Shown here in pieces: positions 1 through 10,041 of a stretch of DNA of 64,000 bases. The stretch is from an uncultured bacterium (GTDB taxonomy: Bacteria > Babelota > Babeliae > Babelales > Vermiphilaceae): positions 352,001 to 416,000 of the forward strand of contig OY968764.1 in the NCBI GenBank assembly GCA_963695335.1, given 5' to 3'. The position numbers and the translations under genes were made by a program. The first letter of the stretch is position 1, and every line of letters begins with the position of its first letter. The notes under the pieces are model-generated. The model was not told the DNA's origin. It was given only the letters and a program-made list of their open reading frames with translations, and did no database searches.

Positions 1-409
1 TTGTTTCATATTCTTCTTGTGTATAATGGTGACCTTCTTCGCGAGCAAGTGTGAGCATATCTTTTTTGGTTCCTGTTTTAACTTGATTACATAAAACAGC
101 ACGCATTATTTGATTAGCCAAATCTTTATCACGTGAATCAATGCTGTACAGGTTTTGCCTTATTGCAGCTACCATTTCTTGCATTTCATTGAGTGGAATA
201 ACGCATGATTGTCCGTTCATATTTGATATGAATTGAGCAATATAATCATCTTCTGTTATTCCAGCAGGAGCTTGATCAGAAATTTCTTGTTGTTGTGGGG
301 TACCAAAGGGCCATAGTATAAAGCGCCATTCACAAGGAGTTGGGAGGGTTTGTAAGGTTGTTGTGAGGAGAATAAGACTGAGGAAGCTATTTTTGAGTAA
401 TTTGTTCAT
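1..409 (-). CDS. Hypothetical exported protein, runs off the window edge
   Basis: Manual translation from ATG at 409: MNKLLKNSFLSLILLTTTLQT... open to position 1. Upstream AAGGA RBS and a signal-peptide-like N-terminus. Confidence 0.7.
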   Translation of the reverse strand, partial: MNKLLKNSFLSLILLTTTLQTLPTPCEWRFILWPFGTPQQQEISDQAPAGITEDDYIAQFISNMNGQSCVIPLNEMQEMVAAIRQNLYSIDSRDKDLANQIMRAVLCNQVKTGTKKDMLTLAREEGHHYTQEEYET

Positions 410-579
410 GGAAATCCTTTATGTTTGTTGGTTAATAATTGGCTTTAATTATAGTGATTGCTTGGTGCCTTATCAAGGTGTATTAGCAGATGAATAGGAG
501 TGATATGGACAAATTGTCATAAAAGTGTAAAATTATAAATATCAAAAAGAGTTTTATTGTCATTATTTAGGGGGCGACA

Positions 580-1260
580 ATGTCTAAGAAAAGTATAATT
601 TTAATGCTTGGTGTGCTTGGTAGTACAGTATCATTACTTTCGATGAATGAAGATGATAAGCGTGCGATTCGCAAAGAGTTATATGCAAATTATGCAAATG
701 GTCGAATTAATGCCGCTACTTTGTATGAATCTGGTTTGACTTTGGAAGAAGTCATTGATCGTGATATTGATATTTTAGATGATCACAAATATGAGCTTCA
801 ATCTAGACTTGGCTTTTGTAAAGGTGCGATTAAGAGTGATTTATTTTTAGGATGTTTTTGGGGAGGATCTTTTCTTTTAGCAGGTTTTACTTGTGGCGAT
901 TCTATTGGAAAAATAGATAATATTATGCATAATGATTATCTATCTGGAAAATCAGGGGTGTGGATTGTTGATAATATTGCATATAATTTACTTTCATCTG
1001 TTGAATATAGAAGATTTGTAAAAGAGAATATGAGTTCTATTACTAAATCTGATCCTAAGATGCAATCTCTTCTTAATGTAATGCTTGTGACCGGTATAGC
1101 TACTATTGTATGCGGATTATTATTTTCTAAGAAAGTTTGTAATATTCTTGATTATGCAAAAACACTGTATAGATATATTCAAAAAACTCAGCGACGCGTT
1201 GAACGTGATCAAGCAATCATTGTGCAATTAAAAGAAATAAAGCATACTTTAGCTATTTAA
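580..1260 (+). CDS. Hypothetical exported/membrane protein, paralog of 1339..2031
   Basis: GGGGG RBS, signal peptide, two hydrophobic segments. First 41 aa and last 18 aa are identical to the neighbour. Confidence 0.8.
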   Translation: MSKKSIILMLGVLGSTVSLLSMNEDDKRAIRKELYANYANGRINAATLYESGLTLEEVIDRDIDILDDHKYELQSRLGFCKGAIKSDLFLGCFWGGSFLLAGFTCGDSIGKIDNIMHNDYLSGKSGVWIVDNIAYNLLSSVEYRRFVKENMSSITKSDPKMQSLLNVMLVTGIATIVCGLLFSKKVCNILDYAKTLYRYIQKTQRRVERDQAIIVQLKEIKHTLAI

Positions 1261-1338
1261 AATTTTACCATTTATCACAAAAGTATAGAGCTATAAATAT
1301 TAGAAAGTTTTTTTATTATCATTATTTAGGGGGCGACA

Positions 1339-2031
1339 ATGTCTAAGAAAAGTATAATTTTAATGCTTGGTGTACTTGGTAGTACAGTATCATTACTTTC
1401 GATGAATGAAGATGATAAGCGTGCGATTCGTAAAGAGTTGTATGCGAATTATGCAAATGGTCAGCTGAATGTTGTTACTTTGTCTGAAAGTGGATTAACA
1501 GTATCAGAAGTTATTGATCGTGATATTCAAATTTTATCCGAGCATAAAAATGTGTTGTTAAAAAAAATGGATGTTTATAAGAGTAGAATAGTTTGGGATC
1601 CTGCTTTTGATAAAGTGGGCATTGTTTTTTCTGGTGCTATTTTTGGATTAGCGTGTGGTGTCCATCATCTTGCTGCAGAAACAATAAGAGATTTTACTAA
1701 TAATGGTAAACTTTTAACACATACAGGTAATTGGTTTACGGATTATGTTGAATATTTTCAGATGTCAACTCGTGAATATAAAAAGTTAATTGCGCAGAAT
1801 TTAACAATTAAGGCTGCTCAAGATCCTGAAGCAGTAATAGCAGGCGCATGTCTACTTCCGGCATATGCTATTCTTTCTGTAGCAGGCGTAATATGTTTAA
1901 AGAAAATATATAACGTTATGGTGCATCCTTATAAATTACGTAGATGTCTTGTAAAAGTTAAAAATCGTTTTGATCGTGATCAAGCAATTATTGTGCAATT
2001 AAAAGAAATAAAGCATACTTTAGCTATTTAA
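1339..2031 (+). CDS. Hypothetical exported/membrane protein, paralog of 580..1260
   Basis: Same RBS and termini as 580..1260 with a divergent core. Confidence 0.8.
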   Translation: MSKKSIILMLGVLGSTVSLLSMNEDDKRAIRKELYANYANGQLNVVTLSESGLTVSEVIDRDIQILSEHKNVLLKKMDVYKSRIVWDPAFDKVGIVFSGAIFGLACGVHHLAAETIRDFTNNGKLLTHTGNWFTDYVEYFQMSTREYKKLIAQNLTIKAAQDPEAVIAGACLLPAYAILSVAGVICLKKIYNVMVHPYKLRRCLVKVKNRFDRDQAIIVQLKEIKHTLAI

Positions 2032-2049
2032 AATTTTACTCACATAAGG

Positions 2050-2610
2050 ATGATGATGAATAAATTACATGTGTTGGCATTAACAGGCTTGATGGTTTGT
2101 GGAATAAATAATGCATCAATGATGGGGCAAGAACAGAGAGAAGTTCTTTATACATTGAACACACTTGGGCAAGATTTTTCTAATGTTCCAATGATTGCTC
2201 AAAACATTGACATGTTTAAGGGTGTTCTTGAAATGAACATTCAGGTGAATGAAGCAAAGTTAAAAGATGCTAATAAGAACATGAAGACTGCATTATGGAA
2301 AAATGCATCATTATTGGCAGGTACTATAGTTGGACAATTTATATTTAATGTTGGTCTTGAAACTGCAAAAAGTGCAGCCGCTCAAGTTGGTTATAATTCT
2401 TTAAGTATGAAAACAATAACAGGGTTGCTTATTCAAGGTAGTATTACATGCAGAAGTCTAATGCATATATGTGCTGCTCTTAATATTTACGATGCAGGGA
2501 AAAACAGATCAGCATTGGTAGAAGCGATAGCTTTAGATAAAGAGATTTTAAGCAAATTAGAAGAAATCGACGCCTCCATGGACTTTCTGACAGAAACTCC
2601 AGCAGAATAA
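2050..2610 (+). CDS. Hypothetical exported/membrane protein, possible distant paralog of the two upstream genes
   Basis: Signal peptide, helix-hydrophobic-helix layout. C-terminal ALDKEILSKLEEI resembles RDQAIIVQLKEI. Confidence 0.7.
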   Translation: MMMNKLHVLALTGLMVCGINNASMMGQEQREVLYTLNTLGQDFSNVPMIAQNIDMFKGVLEMNIQVNEAKLKDANKNMKTALWKNASLLAGTIVGQFIFNVGLETAKSAAAQVGYNSLSMKTITGLLIQGSITCRSLMHICAALNIYDAGKNRSALVEAIALDKEILSKLEEIDASMDFLTETPAE

Positions 2611-2629
2611 GGCCTTTTAGTGCTTCGAT

Positions 2630-2658
2630 TTGACAGTTTGTAAAAAAAGAGGTAGTCT
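2630..2658 (+). promoter_or_regulatory. Sigma70-type promoter for the DEAD-box helicase
   Basis: TTGACA (2630-2635), 17-bp spacer, TAGTCT (2653-2658). Confidence 0.6.
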
Positions 2659-2841
2659 TAAGTATATAAGTAAAAAGCTGTTCCTAATATTATAGAAATA
2701 TCTAGATTGAGAGCGCTTATCCAGAAATTATTCACGGTTAAGCGCTTTTTTCTCTTCAATGGGCTCATGTGGGCGCTGATAAGAAATTTAGGAATAGGCT
2801 TTAGCAGTAGTTGTTATAAGTTTTATTCCTTATTTTTATAG

Positions 2842-4524
2842 GTGACACGTATGAGTATACATGCATTGGGTGTTGATGAACGTATTGTAAAAGCGGTTTC
2901 TGAGCTAGGTTTTACCCAACCAACAGCAATTCAAGAAAAAGCGATTCCTCTTCTTTTACAAGGTGATAGAGATTTAATAGGTTTAGCGCAAACGGGGACT
3001 GGTAAAACGGCTGCGTTTGGATTACCTTTAATTTCTGCTGTTATGGATGGAAAAACTCAGGGATTGGTTATTTGTCCAACTCGTGAGCTTTGTTTGCAGA
3101 TTACCAAAGAATTAACAGCGTATTCTAAATATATTCCAGGTTTTAGTGTTGTTGCGGTGTATGGTGGTGCTGATATTAGAACTCAGATTTCAGCAATTAG
3201 ACGCGGAGCACATATTATTGTGGGAACTCCAGGGCGATTAATTGATCATATCAAACGCAAAACTATCAATTTAGAAAATATGAGCCGTGTGGTTCTTGAT
3301 GAAGCTGATCAAATGTTAGATATGGGGTTTCAGGAAGATATCGATGAAATCTTAAAATCTACTCCAAAAGAAAAAAAAGTATGGTTGTTTTCTGCAACTA
3401 TGCAACCAAAAATTGAAAAAATAGCACATACATACATGCATAATCCATTGCATATTACAGTGGGTCAAAAAAATAGCGGCGCAACCAATATTGAACATCA
3501 GTATTGCATTGTAAGAATACCAGATATTCAAAACGCAGTTCGTCGTTTTATTGATCTTTATCCTGATATGTTTGGTATTGTTTTCTGCCGCACCAAACGT
3601 GATGCGCAAGAGATGAGTGCACAGCTTATTAGCGCTGGTTACAATTCTGATGCATTACACGGCGATTTATCACAACCACAGCGTGATTCTGTAATGAAAA
3701 AATTCAGAGATAAAAAAATACAAGTGTTAGTTGCAACAGATGTTGCTGCGCGCGGTATTGACGTTGATGGTGTTACACACGTATTACATTGCAATTTACC
3801 AGATGATATAGAAAACTACACTCATCGCAGTGGCCGTACAGCACGTGCTGGTAAGTCAGGTGTTTCTATTATTATCGGATCATCACTCAGAAAAATTAAA
3901 TTTATTGAACAACAACTTGGTATTACGGTTAAACCTGTTCAAGTTCCAACTGGTGATACATTGTGTCAAAAACAGTTAGAACATTTTTCACAGAAATTGA
4001 TTGAAACTCCAATTAATGAAGTTATTAAACCGTATGTATCAGTGATTCAAGATTCTTTAAGTGCATTATCAAAAGAAGAAATCATTGAAAAAGTAGTTTC
4101 ACTTAATTGTGGTGAAATGTTACAGCATTACAAAAAAGCATCAGACTTAAACTCTTCTGCAGCAGCTCGTAATGATTTTTCTCGAGACAGAGATAATAGC
4201 AGAGGCGGTAGAGACAGCAGAGGCAGAAGAAGTAATGCTGATCACGTACCATCTGGCCGCTTTAACGGTTCTAATAACCGTGATGAAGCTCGTCTGTTCA
4301 TCAACGTTGGTAAAATTGATTCAATGACCAAAGAAAGCTTGATTAAGTTCATCGCAACTTCATCATCAGTTGATGGAGCATGCGTAAGCCGTATTTCTAT
4401 GCAAAATACACGTTCATTCTTCACCGTGGAAGATAGCAGAAAAGCTCAAGCAATTGTGCGTTCGCTTAAAGATTCTACATTAAAAGGTAGAAGAATACAT
4501 GTTGAGTTTGAACCGGGTAGATAA
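2842..4524 (+). CDS. deaD: DEAD-box RNA helicase (DeaD/CshA type) with C-terminal DbpA-type RNA-binding domain
   Basis: Q motif, AQTGTGKT, PTRELC, DEAD, SAT, HRSGRTARAG, RG-rich linker, RLFINVGK domain. Start may be ATG at 2851. Confidence 0.92.
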   Translation: MTRMSIHALGVDERIVKAVSELGFTQPTAIQEKAIPLLLQGDRDLIGLAQTGTGKTAAFGLPLISAVMDGKTQGLVICPTRELCLQITKELTAYSKYIPGFSVVAVYGGADIRTQISAIRRGAHIIVGTPGRLIDHIKRKTINLENMSRVVLDEADQMLDMGFQEDIDEILKSTPKEKKVWLFSATMQPKIEKIAHTYMHNPLHITVGQKNSGATNIEHQYCIVRIPDIQNAVRRFIDLYPDMFGIVFCRTKRDAQEMSAQLISAGYNSDALHGDLSQPQRDSVMKKFRDKKIQVLVATDVAARGIDVDGVTHVLHCNLPDDIENYTHRSGRTARAGKSGVSIIIGSSLRKIKFIEQQLGITVKPVQVPTGDTLCQKQLEHFSQKLIETPINEVIKPYVSVIQDSLSALSKEEIIEKVVSLNCGEMLQHYKKASDLNSSAAARNDFSRDRDNSRGGRDSRGRRSNADHVPSGRFNGSNNRDEARLFINVGKIDSMTKESLIKFIATSSSVDGACVSRISMQNTRSFFTVEDSRKAQAIVRSLKDSTLKGRRIHVEFEPGR

Positions 4525-4549
4525 TATTCTTTTGTTTTGATTTATGTGA

Positions 4550-4582
4550 AATGGGTACGAAATTTTCGTACCCATTTTTTTT
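4550..4582 (+). terminator. Rho-independent terminator
   Basis: AATGGGTACGA-loop-TCGTACCCATT followed by a T run. Confidence 0.8.
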
Positions 4583-4621
4583 GTGCAAATAATCTATAGG
4601 GAACTATTTTTTGATCTAACC

Positions 4622-4792
4622 CCGCTCGTCCTGAGTGTTTTTTGTCTACAAAAAATGTATCGAAGGATGCGGAAACCGATAATCACAAATCTTTTGTATA
4701 TTGCACCCTTTTGCCCCAATTTTCATTTCATTCCAATCGGGGTCCCCATCGAAAGAAACTGAAGATGGGGTTAAAACACTCAGGACGAACGG
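4622..4792. repeat. Composite palindromic element: family A with family C nested at 4714-4770
   Basis: Terminal inverted repeats CCGCTCGTCCTGAGTGTTTT / AAAACACTCAGGACGAACGG. Near copy at 5711-5887. Confidence 0.85.
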
Positions 4793-4870
4793 ATGGTAAT
4801 TATTTTTAATTTTAGGATAAGCTATAATATAATAGATTACGTTAATTTTTATATTAATTGGTGAGTTATA

Positions 4871-5680
4871 ATGCATCAAGTAACACAATTTAAAGAATTT
4901 ATTTGGAATTTTTATGAACAAAATAGAAGGGATTTTGCATGGCGACATGTAGAAAATCCCTATTTTGTTTTAGTTTCAGAAATAATGTTGCAGCAAACAC
5001 AGACGCAGCGAGTGATCACAAAATATGAACAGTTTATTGCAGCATTTCCTGATTTTCAGAGCTTAGCTGCAGCATCATTGCGTGATGTTTTATTGGTGTG
5101 GCAAGGTCTTGGATACTATCGCCGTGCACGTTTTTTACATCAATTAGCGCAGATTGTGGTGAATGAACATGGTGGCATATTGCCACAAGATCCAAAAGTT
5201 TTACAAACATTGCCAGGAATTGGTCCAAATACCGCAGGCTCTGTGTGTGCATTTGCATTTAATAAGCCTGTTGTTTTTATAGAGACAAATATTAGAACAG
5301 TGTTTATTGATAGTTTTTTTCGTGCTCAGGAGAGCGTTAATGATAAAGAGTTGCTGCCATTAATTATCGCAACTGTTGATCAGAGCAATCCGCGTGAATG
5401 GTATTATGCGTTGATGGATTATGGAGTGTTTTTAAAAGCGCGTAAAGTAAATCCAAGTCGTAAAAGTGCGCACTATAATAAACAATCTAAGTTTGAAGGT
5501 TCTGATCGGCAGATAAGAGCAAAGGTTGTGAAGTTTATTACTGAGAATGAACATGTATCGCATGATCAAGTTTTGAAGTTAATTAATCAAGATACGAGTA
5601 GAGTGGAAAAGATTATAGATAAGCTTGTTGTAGAAGATTTTATTAAAAAATCAGCAGAGAACGTGTATACTATTGGATGA
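4871..5680 (+). CDS. mutY: A/G-specific adenine DNA glycosylase, short form without Fe-S cluster
   Basis: VSEIMLQQT, WQGLGYYRRA, LPGIGPNTA (HhH). No C-terminal Cys cluster. Confidence 0.85.
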   Translation: MHQVTQFKEFIWNFYEQNRRDFAWRHVENPYFVLVSEIMLQQTQTQRVITKYEQFIAAFPDFQSLAAASLRDVLLVWQGLGYYRRARFLHQLAQIVVNEHGGILPQDPKVLQTLPGIGPNTAGSVCAFAFNKPVVFIETNIRTVFIDSFFRAQESVNDKELLPLIIATVDQSNPREWYYALMDYGVFLKARKVNPSRKSAHYNKQSKFEGSDRQIRAKVVKFITENEHVSHDQVLKLINQDTSRVEKIIDKLVVEDFIKKSAENVYTIG

Positions 5681-5710
5681 ATTTAGCGCTGAACATAAAA
5701 CTATTTTCCC

Positions 5711-5887
5711 TTCCGCTCGCCCTGAGTGTTTTTGTCTTCAAAAACGTATCGAAGGGTATGCGGAAAAATAATAATATTAAGTCCTCTGTATGTTGCACCC
5801 TTTTGCCCCAATTTCCATTTCATTCCAATCGGGGTCCCCCATCGAAAGAAACTGAAGATGGGGTTAAAACACTCAGGGCGAGCGGAA
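5711..5887. repeat. Composite palindromic element A with C nested at 5806-5863
   Basis: Direct-orientation near copy of 4622-4792. Confidence 0.85.
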
Positions 5888-5917
5888 AGAGTAAAAACTT
5901 TAATTAAGGCACTGTGT

Positions 5918-6628
5918 ATGAAAAAAACAATTATTCTTTCGTTAACAATGTTAACGTCTAACATCTCACTACATCCCATTCAAAGTTCAACAGCAGATGC
6001 GTGCACAGCTCTTGTAGCAGCAGCATGTGCAGGTGGCAGTTATAAATTATATTTTGATGCACCAAAAACTTTTAATCCTGGTATTTTGGCTGGCGTAAGT
6101 TGTGTAATAACAGCGGTAGTATATCATTTTTTGCACACAGCAACTCCAGCAGGGCGTATCAAACGAGCAAACATTTTGCTTGATGATATTGCACGCCATA
6201 CATTGGCGCGCGTTGCATTTGATAATGAAATAGTGTTTTTTGATGCCGTACAAGATATGTATTTAACAGAAGATTTGCCGTTAATTAGCGCATATAATCA
6301 TTTGATTAATTTGGTTCCAGCAATGCATTATACATTAAGTTTGATTAATAAGGCGTCAGCAGAAGTCAGAAAAGATGTGTTGTTGCAAGAAGAGTGTGAT
6401 GCATCATTGTCACGTGCAAATCTATTATTTGATAACATATCAGATGCAATTAAGTGGATTAGAAATCACAAAGATTATTTATCGCAGTTGAGTATTTATA
6501 AAGAAAATTTGGCACAAGAAAAACAAACGCTTGCTCAGCAGCAAATGGCTCATGCGCAATATAGTATTGCTCAAGCGCAGCAAGATTCTAATTTCTTAAA
6601 ATGGTTGAAATTTATTTTTGGGCGTTAA
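5918..6628 (+). CDS. Hypothetical exported/membrane protein with Gln-rich coiled-coil tail
   Basis: Likely start MKKTIILSL at 5918. The longer track ORF reads through the repeat. Confidence 0.75.
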   Translation: MKKTIILSLTMLTSNISLHPIQSSTADACTALVAAACAGGSYKLYFDAPKTFNPGILAGVSCVITAVVYHFLHTATPAGRIKRANILLDDIARHTLARVAFDNEIVFFDAVQDMYLTEDLPLISAYNHLINLVPAMHYTLSLINKASAEVRKDVLLQEECDASLSRANLLFDNISDAIKWIRNHKDYLSQLSIYKENLAQEKQTLAQQQMAHAQYSIAQAQQDSNFLKWLKFIFGR

Positions 6629-6632
6629 CATA

Positions 6633-7673
6633 TTAAAGATTTTGATGTACATCTCTTTGTGTTTGGTTTTTTTCAAGCATGAGTATCAGATTATCAATTG
6701 TTTCCCGTTTATCTTTTAAAGTGAGTAATACATCTTGATTGAATCCTTCTTGTTTACAAAGATAGATAAACTTGTTGAGCGCATCTTCCGTAAAGCTACC
6801 AACGTTATCATGAGTTTGCTGATTCCAATTGAATAATAAGTTCATCGCGCGCTTAAGTGCTTTATCAGGATCTGCTCCATTATTTATGAATTGCTGCATA
6901 AGGTCAGGGTTATATTTTTTGTTTTTATGCATGCATGCTATTAATCCATTACTGAGTTCATCGGGGGTAGAAAGAGGAATTGTAAAGTCTATAAGCTTTT
7001 GTTGTGTGATGATTTTTTTCCAAAGGGCTACTGTTTTTTTTGTTGGATATTGTAACAGTGTGATGATGAGATTGTCTATATTGGGTCTGCTTACCATCAT
7101 CAATAATCCTCCTAGAATGTCATATTTATTATGATCTATTCCTAGTTCGAGTAATTTTTTGACATTGTTGAGGGCGCGAATTTTATCATTGCACCGGTAT
7201 TTGGTACACCAATGTTTTAAGAGAGGTTCTGTATTTGCTTTTTTATAGTAAAGACTAGCCCCGTGTTCGAGTAATATTTCAATTCTATCTGGTGTAAGGT
7301 CATAGTCATATAATTCATCAGAAAGAGCTAAACATTTTTGAGCTCCAGGGAAGCTTAATTTTTGTGCTTCATGGCGGGTAAAATCTTCATTATTGCGACA
7401 TAAAACACGTAAGATTATCTTGTTAGCGGTGACTGAATCGTTTCTTTCTTTATGAAGTTCTTTGTATAAATCCCAATTTATAAAACTAACATAACCAATA
7501 ATACGAGAAGTTTCTTGAGCACGAAATTCTTTATTATAATAAGATGCAACGTAAAGATGGACATTTTGAGCAAGTTCAAGAAGAATCTTTTTTTTTAGCT
7601 CATCTATTTCCATGCCCAAAACGTTTGAATTGAGTAAAAATAAGAAAAACAAAGATTGAACTAATTTTTTCAT
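6633..7673 (-). CDS. Exported ankyrin-like repeat protein
   Basis: Signal peptide ending VLG-ME. Degenerate ankyrin motifs LLEHGAS, LLELGID, FINNGADPD. Confidence 0.7.
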   Translation of the reverse strand: MKKLVQSLFFLFLLNSNVLGMEIDELKKKILLELAQNVHLYVASYYNKEFRAQETSRIIGYVSFINWDLYKELHKERNDSVTANKIILRVLCRNNEDFTRHEAQKLSFPGAQKCLALSDELYDYDLTPDRIEILLEHGASLYYKKANTEPLLKHWCTKYRCNDKIRALNNVKKLLELGIDHNKYDILGGLLMMVSRPNIDNLIITLLQYPTKKTVALWKKIITQQKLIDFTIPLSTPDELSNGLIACMHKNKKYNPDLMQQFINNGADPDKALKRAMNLLFNWNQQTHDNVGSFTEDALNKFIYLCKQEGFNQDVLLTLKDKRETIDNLILMLEKNQTQRDVHQNL

Positions 7674-7707
7674 TGCCAACTTTCATTGTATAAAGAATAA
7701 GTTGTTT

Positions 7708-8675
7708 TTATTTGGGACTATTTTTTTTTAGATCGTTTTCTATTGCTATTAATATGTTTTTTAATTCGGATATTTTCTCTAAAGCTTCTTTATTAAAAGC
7801 ACCATAGTTCTCAATAAGACAATGCAGAATGAGGACATATGTTTGAGAAATTGGAAATGCTTTTTGTGTGATGTAATCAAGAGAATTATTACTATAACGA
7901 TTGGCGCCATTTTCAAACAAATAGTTTATAATTTCAGGATTTGATATTTCGTATTTTATGCATTCATTTAATCCTTGATTTGCAGTTATAAGTCCTAATT
8001 TGAGCAATGTTTTGATTGAGTCAAAATTTTCCTGAGCAAAAGATTCGCCTATAGTAAACTCCTTTATACGGCGCTCTTGTAATGTAGCAACTTTGGGCTT
8101 TTCATAGGGTAGTAAGAGTTGAATCATTGGAGAATCATTATTGCGTACGGCGATTTCCAAAGGAGTTTCTATTGTGTCAGGAATATTGTGCAGTTTTGCA
8201 CCATGTTTAATGATTTGTGCCATATTTTTAACACCTTGTTCTGTTGCGTTCATGGCAAAATAGATTGGTAATATTATTGTTTCTGGAGCATATTTATCAT
8301 GGCGAGGAGGGTGATAATTAACATTGGCACCTTGTTGTATCAATTCATCTATTTCGCTTTCAGTAATTTTATGGGTATAAAGTTTTTCACTTAAAGCATC
8401 TATGTATTGTCGTAAAAAAAATATTCTCCGGTTATTGGGTCGTATCGCTCGGCTTTTACTTCTATAAATCTTGGCTTATAACTTTCTTTGGCGTAAAGTT
8501 GATCATGAAAGAGACTTAATCTTTGTGATTGTGATAATTCTGCTATTTTTATTGTCATATAGTTTTGCTTATCAGGTTGCTCAGAGAAGTCTGTTGTTTG
8601 CTCTTCTCGTTCCATGCTGTGTATGTTGTGAGTGCAGCAGAAGATTGATAGTATTGCTGCAGAAAGTTTTTTCAT
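7708..8675 (-). pseudogene. Frameshifted ankyrin-like exported protein (ORFs 8400-8675 and 7708-8343)
   Basis: The paralog motif DALSEKLY follows the first ORF in another frame. The break is at an A8 run (8414-8421). Confidence 0.75.
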
Positions 8676-8755
8676 AACAAGATCCTTTTGCAGAGATTAA
8701 TTATATCGTTGGAATTATAGTATTAATTTTTAGTTTTTTAAAATAAAAAAATCCT

Positions 8756-8814
8756 CCCTACTTCGCCAAGGCTTCCTACTTCGTTAAAACTACGAAGGAC
8801 ACGTCGTAGGGCAA
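8756..8814. repeat. Family B palindromic element with a second B copy nested (about 8774-8803)
   Basis: CCCTACTTCGCCAAGGCT[TCCTACTTCGTTAAAACTACGAAGGACACG]TCGTAGGGCAAG, lying within an ATCCTC...GAGGAT stem. Confidence 0.75.
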
Positions 8815-9191
8815 GCCTGTAAGTAGTGAGGATCTTTAAGTGTTTATATTGTTGTGTTAACTATTTTGGTTGATTAGCTTCTAATGCTTTTACAATTGCA
8901 TCAAAATCTTTTTTGATAGTGAGTATTCTTTGATGAACTTTCGGATTAAGCGCTCCAGATTCACATAGCTGTCTCAACAATTCAATATATTGGTTGGATG
9001 GGAATGCTTTTAGCATTACACCAGGTAGAACATCACCACCGTTATTAGCAGTATATTGGAGAAGAAGATTTAAAACTTCTTGATTTGGTTTCATTGTAGC
9101 GGCAAATACTTTCAGAGCACGGTTAGGTGTTACGAGGTTGCGGTCAAGTAACATTTTTATTGTAGCAATATTTTGATCAATAAGAGAGCTA

Positions 9192-10041
9192 GGTTCTGTT
9201 GAGTTTTTGAAAAGATAAGTTTTGAAGTATGATAACACCGAAAAAGCAAAAACCAAATCACTAAAACGGTGCTATCATGAAAAAAGAGTATATCAGCGAA
9301 ATGGCCTGGAGCAAAATTTTTAATTTTTTAAAACAGCAAAAAAACATTTATATAAAAGAAGAAAAGGACTGTAAAAAGTTTATAGAAGGGACATTTTGGA
9401 TGGCAAGAACAGGAGCACAATGGAGAGAGTTGCCGGAAAAATATGGAAATTGGAATAGTGTGTTCAGCAGATTTAATGCTTGGTCAAAAAAACATATTTG
9501 GGAAAAATTACTCAGTTTTTGTGCAGAGGATCCCGATATGGAATATGTAATGATTGATGCCACGATAGTCCGCGCACATGCCTGTTCTGCTGGATATGAT
9601 CAATTTAAAAATGAAGGACTGGGAAGAAGTAAAGGTGGTTTTACAAGTAAGATACATGCAACAGTAGATGCTTTAGGCAATCCTTTAAGATTTGTTATTA
9701 CTCCTGGTCAGCGTAATGATATTACTCAGGCTGATATTTTATTAAAAGATATTTCTGAATCATATGTAATAGCGGATAAAGGATATGATTCCACTGAATT
9801 ACGTTCGAAATTAATAGAAAAAAATTGTGTTCCCGTTATTCCTCCAAGATCCAATCGTAAAGAACAATATCAATATGATGAACATCTATATAAAGAGAGA
9901 CATGCGATTGAATGCTTGTTTTCAAAGATAAAACACTTTAGAAGAGTGTTTGCTCGTTTTGATAAATCGGCACGAAATTTTTTATCTTTTCTTTCTTTTG
10001 TGGGAACTTGCATATGGTTACGATGAAAACTCAACAGAACC
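9192..10041 (+). mobile_element. IS5-family insertion sequence (850 bp)
   Basis: Perfect 16-bp TIRs GGTTCTGTTGAGTTTT / AAAACTCAACAGAACC. TA duplication in a CTAG context. Confidence 0.93.
9277..10026 (+). CDS. IS5-family DDE transposase
   Basis: RTGAQWRELP, IDAT, GRSKGGFTSKIH, ADKGYD, YKERHAIECLF. Confidence 0.95.
   Translation: MKKEYISEMAWSKIFNFLKQQKNIYIKEEKDCKKFIEGTFWMARTGAQWRELPEKYGNWNSVFSRFNAWSKKHIWEKLLSFCAEDPDMEYVMIDATIVRAHACSAGYDQFKNEGLGRSKGGFTSKIHATVDALGNPLRFVITPGQRNDITQADILLKDISESYVIADKGYDSTELRSKLIEKNCVPVIPPRSNRKEQYQYDEHLYKERHAIECLFSKIKHFRRVFARFDKSARNFLSFLSFVGTCIWLR

Noticed and set aside
580..2031. Diversity-generating retroelement behind the variable paralogs
   Set aside because: There is no reverse transcriptase and no template/variable repeat pair with adenine-specific differences.
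5726..5917. N-terminal extension of the 5726..6628 ORF, and ORFs 4646-4948, 5677-5907, 5701-5979, 25821-26009
   Set aside because: These are read-throughs of repeat DNA. The signal-peptide start at 5918 is more plausible.
8861..9256. Independent 131-aa gene
   Set aside because: Its first ~22 codons come from the IS5 end. The rest is the 3' half of the interrupted gene.
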